Shown here in pieces: positions 1 to 12,957 of a stretch of 64,000 nt of DNA. A program made the position numbers and the translations under genes. The notes below the pieces were generated by a model. The model was not told where the DNA came from. It was given only the letters and a program-made list of their open reading frames with translations, and searched no databases. Source of the DNA: Tricharina praecox (Eukaryota); the NCBI RefSeq assembly GCF_024521635.1, contig NW_026250403.1, positions 1,488,001 to 1,552,000 on the forward strand, read 5' to 3'. The stretch's first letter is position 1; the number at the start of each line of letters is the position of its first letter.

Positions 1-968
1 AGCTTCCAGCTGAGTTTCTATCGCAATATGGTAATTCACCTCTTCGTCAGTGAGACTATTGTCGCCGCTGCAATGTACACGCGCATCAAGCAAGGTGGTG
101 GCATCAGCAACCAGCGCGTCCCGTACAAGGATCTCTTCAGTCAGGTCTCCTTCCTCTCACAGCTCTTCCGTGGTGAATTCGTATTTCCAACTGAAGGTAT
201 TGTCAACAATCTTCACAAGACTTTGCGAGGTCTGGAGGCGGATCGCATCATCAAGATTGGATACAAAGATGCCGACAAGAACGAATTGGAGTACGTTGAA
301 CTCACGGAGGAGGAGCGCCAATGCGGGCGAGAAAACTACGACTTTTACTGCTTCCTCATCTGGCCGTTCATCGAGAGCGCGTGGCTGGCCGGCGTTGCCA
401 TCATCGGCCTCACGCCTCCGAAGGGCAACGAGGAGGTTTGGGTCGGTATCAAAGAGGCGCAGGACATGGCGCAGCTGGTATTTGCTTCCACCCTTTCCAC
501 TCTGCCATATTTCGTACTGACCGACAACCGCAGGCGGGGAAAACATTGTACCATCAAGGTGATCTCTCGTACTTCGAAGCGGTCAACAAGGAATCCCTCA
601 AAAATGCGTTTCAACGCTTCGAGGAGGAAGGAATCCTCATCACCAAGAAATCAAAAGCCGGCAAGAACCCACCCGTCCTCCGACTCTCACCGGAGTGGGT
701 ACCACAACGGGATCCGGCGACGGGGGCGATGCTGCATAAAGGTCAGCTATGGAACTACGTCGAGAGCATTGCCATCTCGAGAAGGGAGGGCAAGAACCGC
801 AGAGATTCGGCGAGTGTCGGGAGTAGAGTGTTGACGCTAGTTGAGAAACTTGGTGCCGAGCTGTTTGCCGACGCTGTAGAGAGGACGAGGGTCGAGGAGG
901 AGGAGATCGAGGTCGAGGTGAAGAAGGGGAGGAGTAGGAGGGGCTCAAGCTCGAGGGCGAAGTTGTAG
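1..968 (+). CDS. Glycerol-3-phosphate/dihydroxyacetone-phosphate acyltransferase (GPAT/GNPAT family), 3' part, truncated by window start
   Basis: Frame reading QLSFYRNMVIHLFVSE...FYCFLIWPFIESAW joins, via a GT-AG intron at 478..533, the frame AGKTLYHQGDLSYFEAVNKESLKNAF. This resembles the GPAT C-terminal domain. The protein ends in -SRAKL. Confidence 0.8.
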
Positions 969-2757
969 GTGGTGGAGACGACATATCGTAGGTATACTTA
1001 CTGTCGGAGGATTTAATTGGTTCGGATCATTTATTCTGCACCATTTGGTTGTATAATACTGTATAGAGCGGATCGCTGGCGAGAAAACACAGAACACGAT
1101 TCCCTTGCTTGAGTCCGCACGACTGTTGTGACGATCGACAGTACCCGCATAGGACCTCATGACTTTTCCAACCCCGAGTTTCCACGAAGATGATGCCCGC
1201 TCTTCACGGTGTGTAATGGTGAAGATTAGATATGCGAGCCAAGGAAAGGTTATCGTTATCGTTTCGCCTTTGCCTTAGCTCCCCCACGTTGACGATGAAG
1301 ATTCGGAAGCGAGGTGATGCTATGTAGAGTACTCTACATTGACATTATTAGGGTGAGTGGGTGGCTGGGGTATGCGAGACACCGCATTATCGCCTTAATG
1401 ACTAGATTGAGGCCCCGAGCAATTCCGTTCTCTATGTAGATGTCGAGGTGTTGGTCAGTTACATCGGACTGGAACAGCGGGTCAACCCCTCCTCCACGCT
1501 GAGCTTGAACCGGTACCAGCTGACGACTTCCCTTTTTTTTAGGACCAGTACATATGCTACTTGTACGCACTCGATGCAAAACTCCACTGAGCTTTATGGT
1601 TCAGCTAGATAACCGCAGTCAATCTTGCATCGGCGACTCGACGTGCGAGTGTGTTCATAGAACTGAGAGGGCTCGGCGGTAAACGATTGGCGGTTATATC
1701 TAGCCGCGATAGAAGCCAAGAACCTACCAGCCCGCCAAGTGATAAGGACCCCACGGCTTCGGTGATTACAGATTCGGCCGGATGATCGCATTGACGGGCC
1801 AACTCATGTCTCCGACTCTTTTCAGCCATGCCAACGAGAAGCTGGAGACGAACCGCTGCCAAATTGGGGATGTGGGTGAGGGTCGCTCGTGCCTGTATGT
1901 AAAACCATAGGCTTGGGTTTTCATTCCCTGGGTCCCTGCTCCGGGCGGCGCAGGCTGCAGCTTCCCGTCGCAAACTGGAGACTCTCTCTACTAGTAACCC
2001 CAATGCAGACAGCTGTTCCAGTCGTGAATTCTTATCGCGCCAAGTCACTTGCTATATCTAGCGCTGGAGTTCCAGATAAGGCTTCTATGTATGCTCCTTC
2101 CAATAATCAGCTCGTGATGCTCAGCTTCTGCAGCTGCCTCTACAATGCTGGGGACTGTCGCTCTAGAGATGGCTGGACTGGAGCTGGGCGTGATAACAGA
2201 CGACGGCGAGCACGATCCAGCCTAGGTAACTATGTCGATATCACACATTCGATATATGCCTAAGTAAGTACATACGCCACTCTTCTCTGACGATTCCTAC
2301 ATCTACTAAGCTCCGGTAGGTGACCAGCGCCGGGCCCGGTGTGAGTGCATCTTTGGTCGGTTATTTTTGGGTTCACTTTTGGGTACCAACCGTCGGCAAA
2401 TGCACAGTGAGCACCGGACCGGGAGTCGCACGTTTGGATCTGACATGCTTACGGTACCTACATCAAAGAATATATAACCCGCTGGCTGGACGAGATTCCT
2501 GCAAGTACCGTAGGTAAGTAAATTTAAGGTTCCTACGTATCCTTCAACCCACTCCGCCCATCTGGGACGCAACCCAAGCTGGTCCGGGCAGCAACCAGCA
2601 ACCAACCCCCCTACCCCTCTACCCTTCCACAGCCCCCGACCCCTAAGTCTTTCAACCCCCACCCTCTTTCCTAGGAACATTAAAACCTCCAACCTCCCAT
2701 TCATCCTCTCAACTCCTACTCCACCAGTACATTCCAAGTCATATCCGGTTTTCCAAG

Positions 2758-4410
2758 ATGAGTGAGGTCTGTCAAACTCGTCCCTACTCCTAATTCAACC
2801 TTGGTATTTTTGTTTGCACGATTACTGATGTTTGAATTGTAGCTTGAGTGGAACCCCGTTTGGAACACCAGTAGACCCGACAATGGCGGGGATCCCCATG
2901 TCGTAAACGTCAATGCTCCGTTTGATGCCAACGGGTATCACATGGTCTGGATTATGGTACGAACCATGGTGTTTTGATTGTGGTTTCGTGCAGATTTGGT
3001 GCTGAACATTGCGTCTTAGGCTTGCACTGCTGTCGTCTGGCCCATCATCCCAGGCATCGGATTACTATACGGTGGGCTTGCCAGAAGAAAAGCCTCTCTC
3101 GCCCTGCTCTGGCAGTCGTTTCTAGTTTCGGCTACCATTTCGTTTCAGTGGTGGGTCTTTGGATATACCCTGACCTACTCGCCAACCGCTGGACCGTTCA
3201 TCGGCGACTTTCGCCATATCGGTCTGAGGGATGTGGCTGCGAAACCCATCGGTTTCTTGCCGGAGATTCTGTTCGCCGTCTTCCAGTGCTTCTTCTGCGT
3301 TGCCACCGTGCAGATCATGATCGGCGGTGCTCTTGAGCGTGGCCGTCTCGTCCCTTCGTTGGTCTTCTCGTTCATCTGGGCAACCGTTGTATACTGTCCC
3401 ATCGCATGCTGGACGTGGAACTCGAACGGATGGTTGTACAACTTACCATCACTTGATTACGCTGGTGGAGGCCCCGTTCACATTGCATCGGGAATGTCGG
3501 CACTAGCGTATGCTCTGGTCCTCGGAAAGCGTAAGGAACGCAGCGTCAAGCATCGTCCTCACAATGTCACGATGGTCTTCCTGGGCACCTGCTTCATCTG
3601 GTTCGGCTGGCTGTGCTTCAATGGAGGATCGACTCTTAACGCGACTGTCCGTGCGATGTATGGAATACATTTGGATGCTTGAGGTTCTATATCTGACAGT
3701 GGAACAGGTACGCCATGTTCAACACCAACATTGCCGCCTCGACCGGTATTATGGGCTGGGTATTGACGGACTACTTCCGCAAGAACGGCAAGTTCTCGGT
3801 CGTCGGTGCTTGCGAGGGTGCCATCGCGGGCTTGGTTGGAATCACTCCTGCCGCCGGTTACGTCCCCGTCTGGTCTGCTGCCCTCATAGGATTCGTGACC
3901 GCTGCTGTCTGTGCGTCCCTCGAGGACGTCACTGACTGGATCAATATCGACGAGGGGATGGATGTGTTCAAGCTGCACGGCATTGGCGGCATTGTCGGTT
4001 CCATCTTGACGGGAATCTTCGCCCACTCCGATAGTATGTTTCTCCCTCCGCCTTGATTTATTCTATTTTTAACGCCTGTTCCAGTCAGCATGCTCGACGG
4101 CGTGACCAACGCCCCTGGAGCCGTCGACGGAAACGCCATTCAGATCGCCTACCAGCTGGCAGACGTGGTCTCAATCTCGGCCTATGCCTTCACCGCCTCG
4201 GCAATCATCCTCTTCGTGATGAAGTACATCCCCGGACTTTCCATCCGCGCACCCGAGAAAGTCGAAGTCATGGGCATTGACGCGCACGAGTTCCATAACG
4301 AGGAAGTCGGCGACTGGGGAATGGTACAGAAGGACCATGATATCCTCGGAAGCATGATGATCTCTCCGCCCAGAACTCCGCAGGGCGAGACGGTTGATAA
4401 GTCTGCCTGA
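2758..4410 (+). CDS. Ammonium transporter (Amt/MEP family), multi-exon
   Basis: Motifs DYAGGGPVHIASG, WFGWLCFNGGS, GAIAGLVGITP and HGIGG are spread over spliced ORFs. ATG at 2758, first intron 2767..2842, stop at 4410. Confidence 0.95.
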
Positions 4411-5608
4411 TCATTGCGTATTTGCGCCAAACGGAATTTTGGTTGGCTACTATAGAGCCTCCAAGAAGTGACTGCTGATATGATTCGCTTTACTTTGCTT
4501 TTTCAATTAATACCCCTCATGATATCTGTTCTGCATCTTTATTCTTGTTGCGTACTTTTGCGGCGGAGAATTGTAATGAAATGAAACGAAAGGTCTCACT
4601 TGTGTAGGTATACTAGCTCGAGTTGTCGTTTCTTATCCAGAACGTTATGGATTAATTGTCTTTCCAGAGGACGGTACGGTACGGGGCAGAATATAAAAGT
4701 CGGAAGCACATGCCTAACCAAGCTCATGGGCCAAGTTAATCAGCCCACCAGCATCCGAATCGAATAGAGTGGTTGAGCTTAACTAAACCCACAAGCGGGA
4801 GCCGTCTCCAGGTCCCAAAGATCCTCGTACTCTTACACAGAATTCCAACCGCCCGGCAACCACACCAGTCATCACCAGTGCCGGTGCCGGCGCCGGGAGC
4901 GCTATCTAGCCGCCATCCATCCATCCAACCCCGGCCGTACCAGCGAGTCGATACATGCGCGAAACCTCGCCACGTTACAGGCAGGAAGAGGATAAATTAA
5001 CGGCCATGGGAATTTCGGTTACTCCAACCCAGCCGTGCGACATAGCACTCTACCTCCGGACAGTTTGTGGGGGTGTCACTGTCTTCAGCTCCGCACTCCG
5101 CACACTCTGCACGTGGAAATGCGGAGTTGGGTTATGTATGTAGGAGGAGGTATGTACATACTTGGCCTCGATGGATGGAAATGCAGGTACCGTATGTATG
5201 CAACCTTGCCAGGGCTAGGGGGTGGGAGATGGGGACGGGGAGGCAGACGTGACGATGTTAAAACATGTTTTCCTTGTAGACTTGGGAGGATATGTCATGG
5301 TCCGATCTCGCAGCGACCACTTGTTCCTCCCCTTCTCAACAGGTGGATGATGATGAGGAGGAGCAGGAGTAGGGGGAGGAGAAGAAGGATGTGGTTATAT
5401 ATCCAGCCCGGAGTGTCGTCCTGAGTTCGTTCTCTCATCAGCCAGACACTCATTCCGCCCTCCCTCCCTTTCGATTCCGCATCACTACTTTCAGCCGGCC
5501 CAGGTGGTCTTATTGCTCTCTTTAAGTCTTTTAAAATACTTTCTTGTGGATATTTCTAGCCGTACCTTCCTTACCGCCTCCCGGTCCATATAAAATACCT
5601 ACTCGACA

Positions 5609-6775
5609 ATGCGTTTCTCCGCCTTCACCCTCCTCGTCGTCGCAGCATTGAGTGCCATAGACGTAGAAGCTGGTACGCACATATCCTCCCTAATGCTACA
5701 CCACCACCACGGCTGTATGGACTAACACCCATTCCAGCCCCCTTCGGCAGTGGTCTAAACCTAGGTTCATTCGCGCGTCTGCGCGGCAACCGTGGAAACC
5801 GCGGAAAACATGGAGGTGGCCGGGGGAAGACTACGACTGCGGCCGCGGAGGTGTCAACTACAGCAGCCGCGACGGTCTCTGAGTTCTCATCACTTGTGCC
5901 GACAGGTCTCGAGGGTATGATTCCCACGGCGGGAACCGGGACCGACGTTGTCTTGTCGGCTACGGGCACGGGGACGGGACTGCCGGCTCTTGCTACCGGC
6001 GCCGTCACTTTGACCGAGACTGTGGTGGGGACTGAGGTGCCGGTCGCTACGGGAGCGGAAACTGTCACCGAGACATCCGCTGCTACGGTGACGGAAGTCG
6101 CAGATTCTACTACTGTGGTCGACCAGACGGCTACGGAAGCCCCAGCTGCTACTGCCACTGCCACCGAGGGCGTGGAGGGTACCACGACCTTGGCCGAAAC
6201 ACCTGTTGCTACCACTGCTCTCGAGCAGACTGTGACCGAGACCGCCGCCGCGGAAACAACAGTAGCCGAGAGCCCCGCAGCCGACCAGCAAGATACCACC
6301 CTCGCTCCTCCTTCTGCCGTTACCGTCACGGCGACGGCGGAGTATACCGCTACCGTACCTGCTGCTGCGGCCGCCGCCGAGACACTTGTCAGCACTTCTA
6401 TCGTTACCGTGACAGCGGAGGCTACTGCTGCAGCTCCCGCCGCTGAAACGGTTACCGTCACTGCCGAAAACACGGCTGCTGCTCCCGCTGCCGAAATCGT
6501 CACCGTGACCGCGGAACCAACCGCTGCGGCCGAAAAAACGGCTGCTGCTCCGGCAGAAAACGGTTACCATCACTGCCGCGCACACGGTGACGGAGGCAGC
6601 TGGCGCCGCCGCTCCTGCTGTAACAGAGACAGTCACCGTCACCACATCGCAGCCTGCCGCTGCCGCCCTCGAGACATCGACAGTTACTGTCACCGTCACC
6701 GAGGCTGCAGGTGCGGAAGGAGGTGCCGCCGCCACTACGGTGACGGTCTCTGCCTGCCCCACCGCCACCGTTTAG
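5609..6775 (+). CDS. Secreted Thr/Ala-rich repetitive (mucin-like/cell-wall) protein with an apparent 1-nt frameshift near 6557
   Basis: Signal-peptide-like MRFSAFTLLVVAALSAIDVEA, an intron at ~5673..5737, then repeats of TVTVTAE..AAAPAA. The repeats continue in another frame after A4 at 6557-6560 up to TAG at 6775. Confidence 0.75.
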
Positions 6776-8025
6776 TCACTTCACATCTTCGTTGATCGTG
6801 GAAACTGCCGGCACAGTTATTTGCTTTTCTTTTCTTGATGTCCGCTGCGCGGAGTGGCTTCCATTTTACTGGTTTTAAACGGAAGGGATGGAATGGGAGG
6901 GGGTGCGCATCGCGGGTGTTGACTGTACTGTGAGGGTTTATGCAATGGGAGGCGTTGGTGCTGGGAGGTAACTTGGGCCTATTTTTATTACATTTCTGGG
7001 ATAGCGAGTATGGGGAATGAATTGAACACATACTGTATAGTATACACTATGATGGGCAGAAAGTTGCGGAGTGAATGTGATCGTGAGAAGGCGCACGTGT
7101 GGCTGGCTGGCTAGTTCCTGCGGGAGATCGACACCGACTGTAGGGCTAAATATTTGGCAGTTCTGCTTAGTTAAGTAGCCGTGTCGGAGGGGTTAAACTT
7201 CTGCAGTCACCAGTGGTCCATTACTCTATTGGGGGCGGTGCCGAGTTGAGCATGGACACTCACACGCAACGACAGGTCTGGCCCTCAGAAGGATACTCCA
7301 CACAGGTATATAGTTGGGACAGGCCGTGTACAGCAATGAATTGATGTTCTCTCTCTTTCTCTCCCTCCCTCCCTCTCTCGGTTATTCGACCTCCGTGGAT
7401 CCCGCAGCGATGGGATGAAGCAGTGACGACGAGGAGGAGCATGGGGTGCCTATGCAGAATGTATCCAGTGAATCGGGGTCTTTCCACCGGCCTTCGCAGT
7501 AACTAACTGCTTACTGTATCTGCCAAATGTTTGCCTCGTTTGCGCCTGCGTCGGGGGCCTGTTTCGCCGGCTGCTATGCATTTCACCGGTACCTCTTCCC
7601 GAGCCCCGCGTTGCCTTAGTTACGGGAAACCGACTCCCGTGGAGAGTGGACGAGGAGAAAATTCAATAAGGGTTTGCGAAAGAACGCGAGTGTCTACCTA
7701 GATGGCGTATTTATTAATCGCAGAGTACCTTTATATTGTTGATTGATAAGGCGAGGCTTGTCGTTCAATCGGAGGGGAGAATGGCTCTGGTACTTGATCA
7801 CCTACAACTGCTTAGAAATTGTACCAGATAGTCGCCATTCTATTCACCGCCGTTCCCGGCACCGGAGATCGGAGATCCAGGGCGCCAGATCATAGCGCGT
7901 CGCGCCCGCGCAGCAGTTCATTTGATTTATAACCACGACCTCAGCTCTTCCCTTTGCAACGCGATATCCATTCTCCTTCCCCGCCCTGCCCCGCCTCGAA
8001 AATTCAACCAACAAAGAAGAAAGCA

Positions 8026-9897
8026 ATGGCACGAGCTTTACCTGCGCCACCGGCGTCAGAGCGGGATGCGCTGCTGCCAAAGCTGGACGATATCGATCCC
8101 GAAGCCCAGGCTGGCTCGCCGGATGAAGATGACCTCGACAAACCAAAGATCCCCGGCGTCAAGATCCAGTATATACTCCCAGCTTTGGGTCTAGGGGTGA
8201 ACAGCATATCCGACTACCCTGCTCTACGATCTGTTTCGCTGATGCGGTGGTGATCTTGTAGATATTTCTTGCGGCAATGGACAATACTATCGTACGAGAC
8301 CGCTGACCTACCGCGCGACTTCCAAATACTAATCCGCCTGTGTAGGTCGTCTCATCGTACGGAGCTATCGGAAATGACCTCCACGAGCTTAATCGCACGT
8401 CGTGGATTGCAACCGCGTATCTCCTCACGACCACCAGTTTCCAGCCGCTATACGGAAAACTGAGCGACATTTTCGGCCGCAAGGCGAGCTTGTTGTTCGC
8501 ATACACCGTCTTCGGACTGGGGTGTTTGGGGTGCGGATTGAGCACGTCATTGGAGCAGCTGGTTGCGGCAAGGGTGGGTTCTGACTGGCGGTGATTCGGT
8601 TGGAGGTGGAATGTGTGGCTGATTGATGGGGTGTAACTAGGCGTTTGCTGGCATTGGCGGAGGCGGCATGACAACCGTCGTTTCTATCCTCGTGTCGGAT
8701 ATTGTGGGACTGAGGTCAAGAGGGACATGGCAGGGCGTGTTGAATATTGTTTTCGCGAGCGGGGCCGCCGCGGGGGCGCCACTAGGCGGGCTTATGGCGG
8801 ACACTATCGGCTGGCGTTGGTATGTGGCCGCAATTTCCACTTTGTTATTGATCACGGATCAACTGACTGACGAGAGAAAAAGGTCGTTTATATTCCAGTT
8901 TCCCGCAACACTATTGGCCATATTAATCGTCAGCGTCTTCCTACACCTGCCGCCGACTGAGCAGTCTCCAACGACGTTCAAGACTCGTTTCTACCGGGTC
9001 GATTTCCTCGGTGCATTCGTCCTCGTGGCAGCAGTCCTCAGTCTGCTGATTGGCCTTGACCAAGCCGGCAACCTCTCCCTGACCTCCCCCCTAGTAATCA
9101 TCAGTCTCTCCATCGCGCTCGTCCTCTTCCTGGCGTTTATCTACGTAGAGTCGCTCGTCGCAGCGGAGCCCTTCGCACCACCTCACATCGTCAAGGAACC
9201 TACCATCCTCGCCTGCTGCCTCGCCAACTTCTTCTCCTTCGGCTCGTATATGGCCGTTCTATTCTACGTCCCGCTGTACTACCAAGCGGTGGAAGCGCTC
9301 TCAGCGCGTCAAGCCGGCATGCGACTGCTCCCCGCCATCGCCGGCTCCGTAGCCGGCTCTCTCGGCGGCGGGATAGTAATGCAAAAGACGGGAAAATTCT
9401 ACTGGCTGACGGTGTGGGCGTACACGCTGCCCGTGCTCGGCTCCGTGCTGGTGGTCTACTTCTCGACCGTCACGTCGCACGTCGGCGTCAGCATGGGCAT
9501 CCTCCTCTCCGGCTTCGGCAACAGCATCGGCGTGACGACGTCGCTAGTCGCGCTGATCGCCGCCGCGGGAAGTAAGGACCAGGCCGTCGCTACGGCCGTC
9601 AGCTACCTCTTCCGCGCGCTGGGAACAGTGGCCGGTGTTAGCATTGGCAGCACCCTCGTGCAGGGACAGTTGAGGCGCGAGTTGGCCAGAAGACTGACCG
9701 GCGACGATGCAGACGAGATCGTGAGGAAGGTTAGGGAGAGCCTGGAGTTTATTGGTACGCTGCCGAAGGAGACTAGGGACGTCGTGAGGGCGTGCTATAA
9801 GGACTCAGTGCAGGTGGCATTTTTGTTCGCTATTGGACTCTCGGTTTGTGCGCTTGTTAGTGCGGCCTTTATTAAGGAGAGGAGGCTGGGGAGGTGA
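8026..9897 (+). CDS. MFS drug/H+ antiporter (DHA2/VBA-like, vacuolar basic amino acid transporter family)
   Basis: Spliced motifs FLAAMDNTIV, YGKLSDIFGRK and GPLGG-like (GAPLGG...IGWRW), plus many hydrophobic segments. Several short introns lie in the 5' part. Confidence 0.9.
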
Positions 9898-10179
9898 TCT
9901 GGATATGATTTCGGGTTCTGGCTTATTGGAAAAGTAGGGCCTACTTGGGTATGATCTATAGAATGGACTTTGGGTTTTTTTGTTGCGTACATAGAGAATT
10001 GGTTTCTATGGTTCTTGCCCTGTGCTGGTCACAAACGGGGTAACCTCGGTGGCATAAGGAACTTATGCACATTGGTTGCGTTGAGCACGGGACGGACGGG
10101 TGAAGCAGCATCATAGCCCATCACCCAAACTTTTGTTTTAACCACAAGCCAGATTTAAATACGCCCAATAATCCCCAAT

Positions 10180-12134
10180 CTAATCGTCGAAAGTGATCTT
10201 CTTCGCCTTGACATTTCTGTAGGATCATATAATTAGCACTGTATGCATCAAGAGCTAGCAGGGCAGGATAAAACAAACCCGTCGCTCTCCCTGTAGAATG
10301 CACCGTACGCCGAGTGCTCCTTCTTCTTCACCGTCGTTCCGAACTTCAGCAAACTTTCTGGTACGTCCTGCTTAGCCGCCTTCAGGATGTTCACGAGCGC
10401 TCCGGAGTGTGCCTATATCTGGTTAGCTTGGCGGTGCTATGGGGCGGCAATAGCAACTGACCTTGTCGTGCTCGGTAAAGAAGGTGTACGCCATTCCATC
10501 GGCACCGGCACGTCCGGTACGTCCGATCCGGTGAACGTAATCTTCGATGGTGAGGGGGAAGGTGACATTGAGAACGAGCTTCACAGCCGGGATATCAAGA
10601 CCTCTAGCGGCCACATCTGTCGCGACCAGCAGGGGGCATTGTCCGGACTTGAACTGTCCCAACGCCTGCGTACGTTGTGGCTGACTGAGATCACCATGGA
10701 TACCAGCGACTCTACAGCCCCTTGAGCGCAGGAAGCCCTCGATCCTGGAGGCTTCCTTCTTGTACAAGCAGAAAACGAGGATCCTGTCGTCCTTTTGGGC
10801 GCCAGACTGGTGTTGCTTGATCAGCTGCAAGAGGCGTTGCTCCTTCGCGCGCTGGTCGATGACTTCGACGGTTTGCTTGATACGCACGTTGGCACGTAGG
10901 TCGTCGCGCTCGCCGATGGTGATCTTGATGGGCTTTTTCATGAAGGTTGCGGCGAGCTCGCGGACGGATTGCGGCCAGGTGGCGGTAAACATCAGGGTTT
11001 GGCGGGTCTCCTTCGACGGGCAAGCGCCAATGATGCGTCGGATATCGTCCTCGAAACCTGTAAAGTACCATCAGCATCTTTTACCAAGGGTGACGGGTGG
11101 GAAAGCTCACCTTTGTCCAACATCCGGTCAGCCTCGTCGAGAACCAGATATGACACTTTGCTCAAGTCCGCAGCTCCCTCGTTGATCAGATCGTTCAAAC
11201 GTCCAGGTGTGGCAACAATGACCTGGGCAGTCCTGAGCTTCTGGCGCTGTTCGTCCTTCGGCACACCTCCGTAGAGACAGACGGCACGCAGGCCAGCATC
11301 CTTGGAGTACTTCTCCAAGACCTCGAAGATCTGCATCGCCAATTCTCTTGTCGGCGAAACAGCAACAACCCTCACGCCGAGCTTGTCCTTCTTGCCGGAC
11401 GCAGCCAGTGCCAGAACGTGGCGCATGGCAGGAACAGCGAACGCCAGTGTCTTTCCGGAACCAGTCTCCGCAACACCGATACAGTCGTGTCCGCCGAGTG
11501 TGAACGGCCATGTAGCGGCCTGAATCGGCGAGGGAGTCTTGAATTTAGTGAAGTCGAAGTTGTTTGGTGGCAGGTGGGAGAACTCTGTGATAGGGCGCAG
11601 GTTGAGCTTGTGAGGATCATCGACGAAAACGCCGTGCTCCTTCAGGAAGGCCTCGATAGTCTCGTTGGGCAAGGCAGTGAGCTCGGCGCTCTGAGTATAA
11701 CTCGCCGTCGAGCTAGCAGCTGTCGCTACCAGCATCGGGGTGTGTGTAGGTCGCGCCGGCTCTACAGGAGCATCCGTACTCGACTCGTCTTTCTCAGCAG
11801 CCTTCTTTGCCTCCTTCGCGGCCTTCTTCGCAGCTTTGCGCTCCTCCTTGGACAGTTTCGGCTCAGTCGCCTCGTCTTCTGTCACCGTCTTCTTCTCCTT
11901 CTTCTCCTTCTTCTCCTTCTTTTCCTTCTTGTCCTTCTTGTCCTTCTTCTTCTTCTCCTTCTCCACAACCAGCGCCTCCACGGACTCCGGCGCACCAGCG
12001 CCTATCACGACATCGACAACGCCGTCGCTCTTCTTGCTCTTACTCTCCGATTTTTCTTTCTTCGTCTTCTTCGCCTTGACTACCACAGGGGCGCCAGCCT
12101 CGGCCTCGACATCTTCAATTGGGCGTTTCGACAT
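10180..12134 (-). CDS. DBP3: DEAD-box RNA helicase DBP3
   Basis: Lys/Glu-rich N-terminus with KKEK repeats, [35 protein letters not shown], and C-terminal [17 protein letters not shown]...KITFDD. Three introns. Confidence 0.93.
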
Positions 12135-12578
12135 TGCAGTGGGGCGGTGGTGGTGGTGGGGGATGCGGGATGGTTGGTTCGCAACTGGCGGGACCTGTGT
12201 TTTTAGACTCGATATCTGGCGGTTGACTTTTTTTCTGTCGCGCGTAGATCAAGCGGACTAAGCCGGGCTTGGCGAACAAGGTTTTTCGAGGGTCATGAGG
12301 GTCACTCGGCGGGATTCGGCTTTGGGTGGATTGCTTTCGGGCCGGTGGTAGTTAGGCCCTTTCCGTAGTACTGGTGAGAGAAAACGGCCAGGAGAGTCCT
12401 GTGGGTGGAGCAATATACCCACGCCCATAAGGATGGCAAAGCCAACCAAAAATCTACGAGCCGAAACTAGGTATCTAAGTAACTACAGGATGGATCGCCG
12501 GGCACATGTCTACTCTACTACACTTATGTTACCGGTGCATGTGGAGGCCTGTAAGCTGTTGTCGCATCTACAATATTT

Positions 12579-12957
12579 CAGTGTTCTCCATCGTCTGGAC
12601 CGGACGGACGGTTGCAAAAGTTATCCGTCAGGTCCGAGGTAGTGCCGGACGGGTCGATCCCCGTCCAACGGTGGAGGACGGTCGTCCAAGTGACGTGAAT
12701 ATGATTCGGCTGATTGATGATTTCTTAGCACCGATACCCTACGCACCACCGCGTCAGTTCATCCCTCACCGCTCCACAAGCTGTGAAAAGTAGCAGTATT
12801 CTGACTCGGACGCCCAAGGTGTGGCGCCTGGCCCCTATCACAGCGCTCTAGGCTCCATATCTCACTCGGACACCCAAGGTCCACGCCCGAAATCAGGTTT
12901 TTGCCCATGGCTTGGCGGAAGGACGTCGACGGACGGACCGGACGATGGAGAACACTG
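12579..12957. mobile_element. Non-autonomous TIR element (MITE), hAT-like ends, 379 bp
   Basis: CAGTGTTCTCCATCGTC at 12579 and its perfect reverse complement ending at 12957, extending with mismatches. Internal GGAC/GTCC motifs. Flanking 8-mers caatattt/catcgttt match at 5/8. Confidence 0.75.

Noticed and set aside
1600-2200. GATA (AreA-type) sites upstream of the ammonium transporter
   Set aside because: A handful of HGATAA words over 600 bp, far from the ATG, is not distinguishable from background by eye.
5625-6768. Long antisense ORFs over the Thr/Ala-rich gene (similar ones overlap DBP3, UTP11 and RMD5)
   Set aside because: These are shadow ORFs from GC-rich, biased codon usage of the sense gene.
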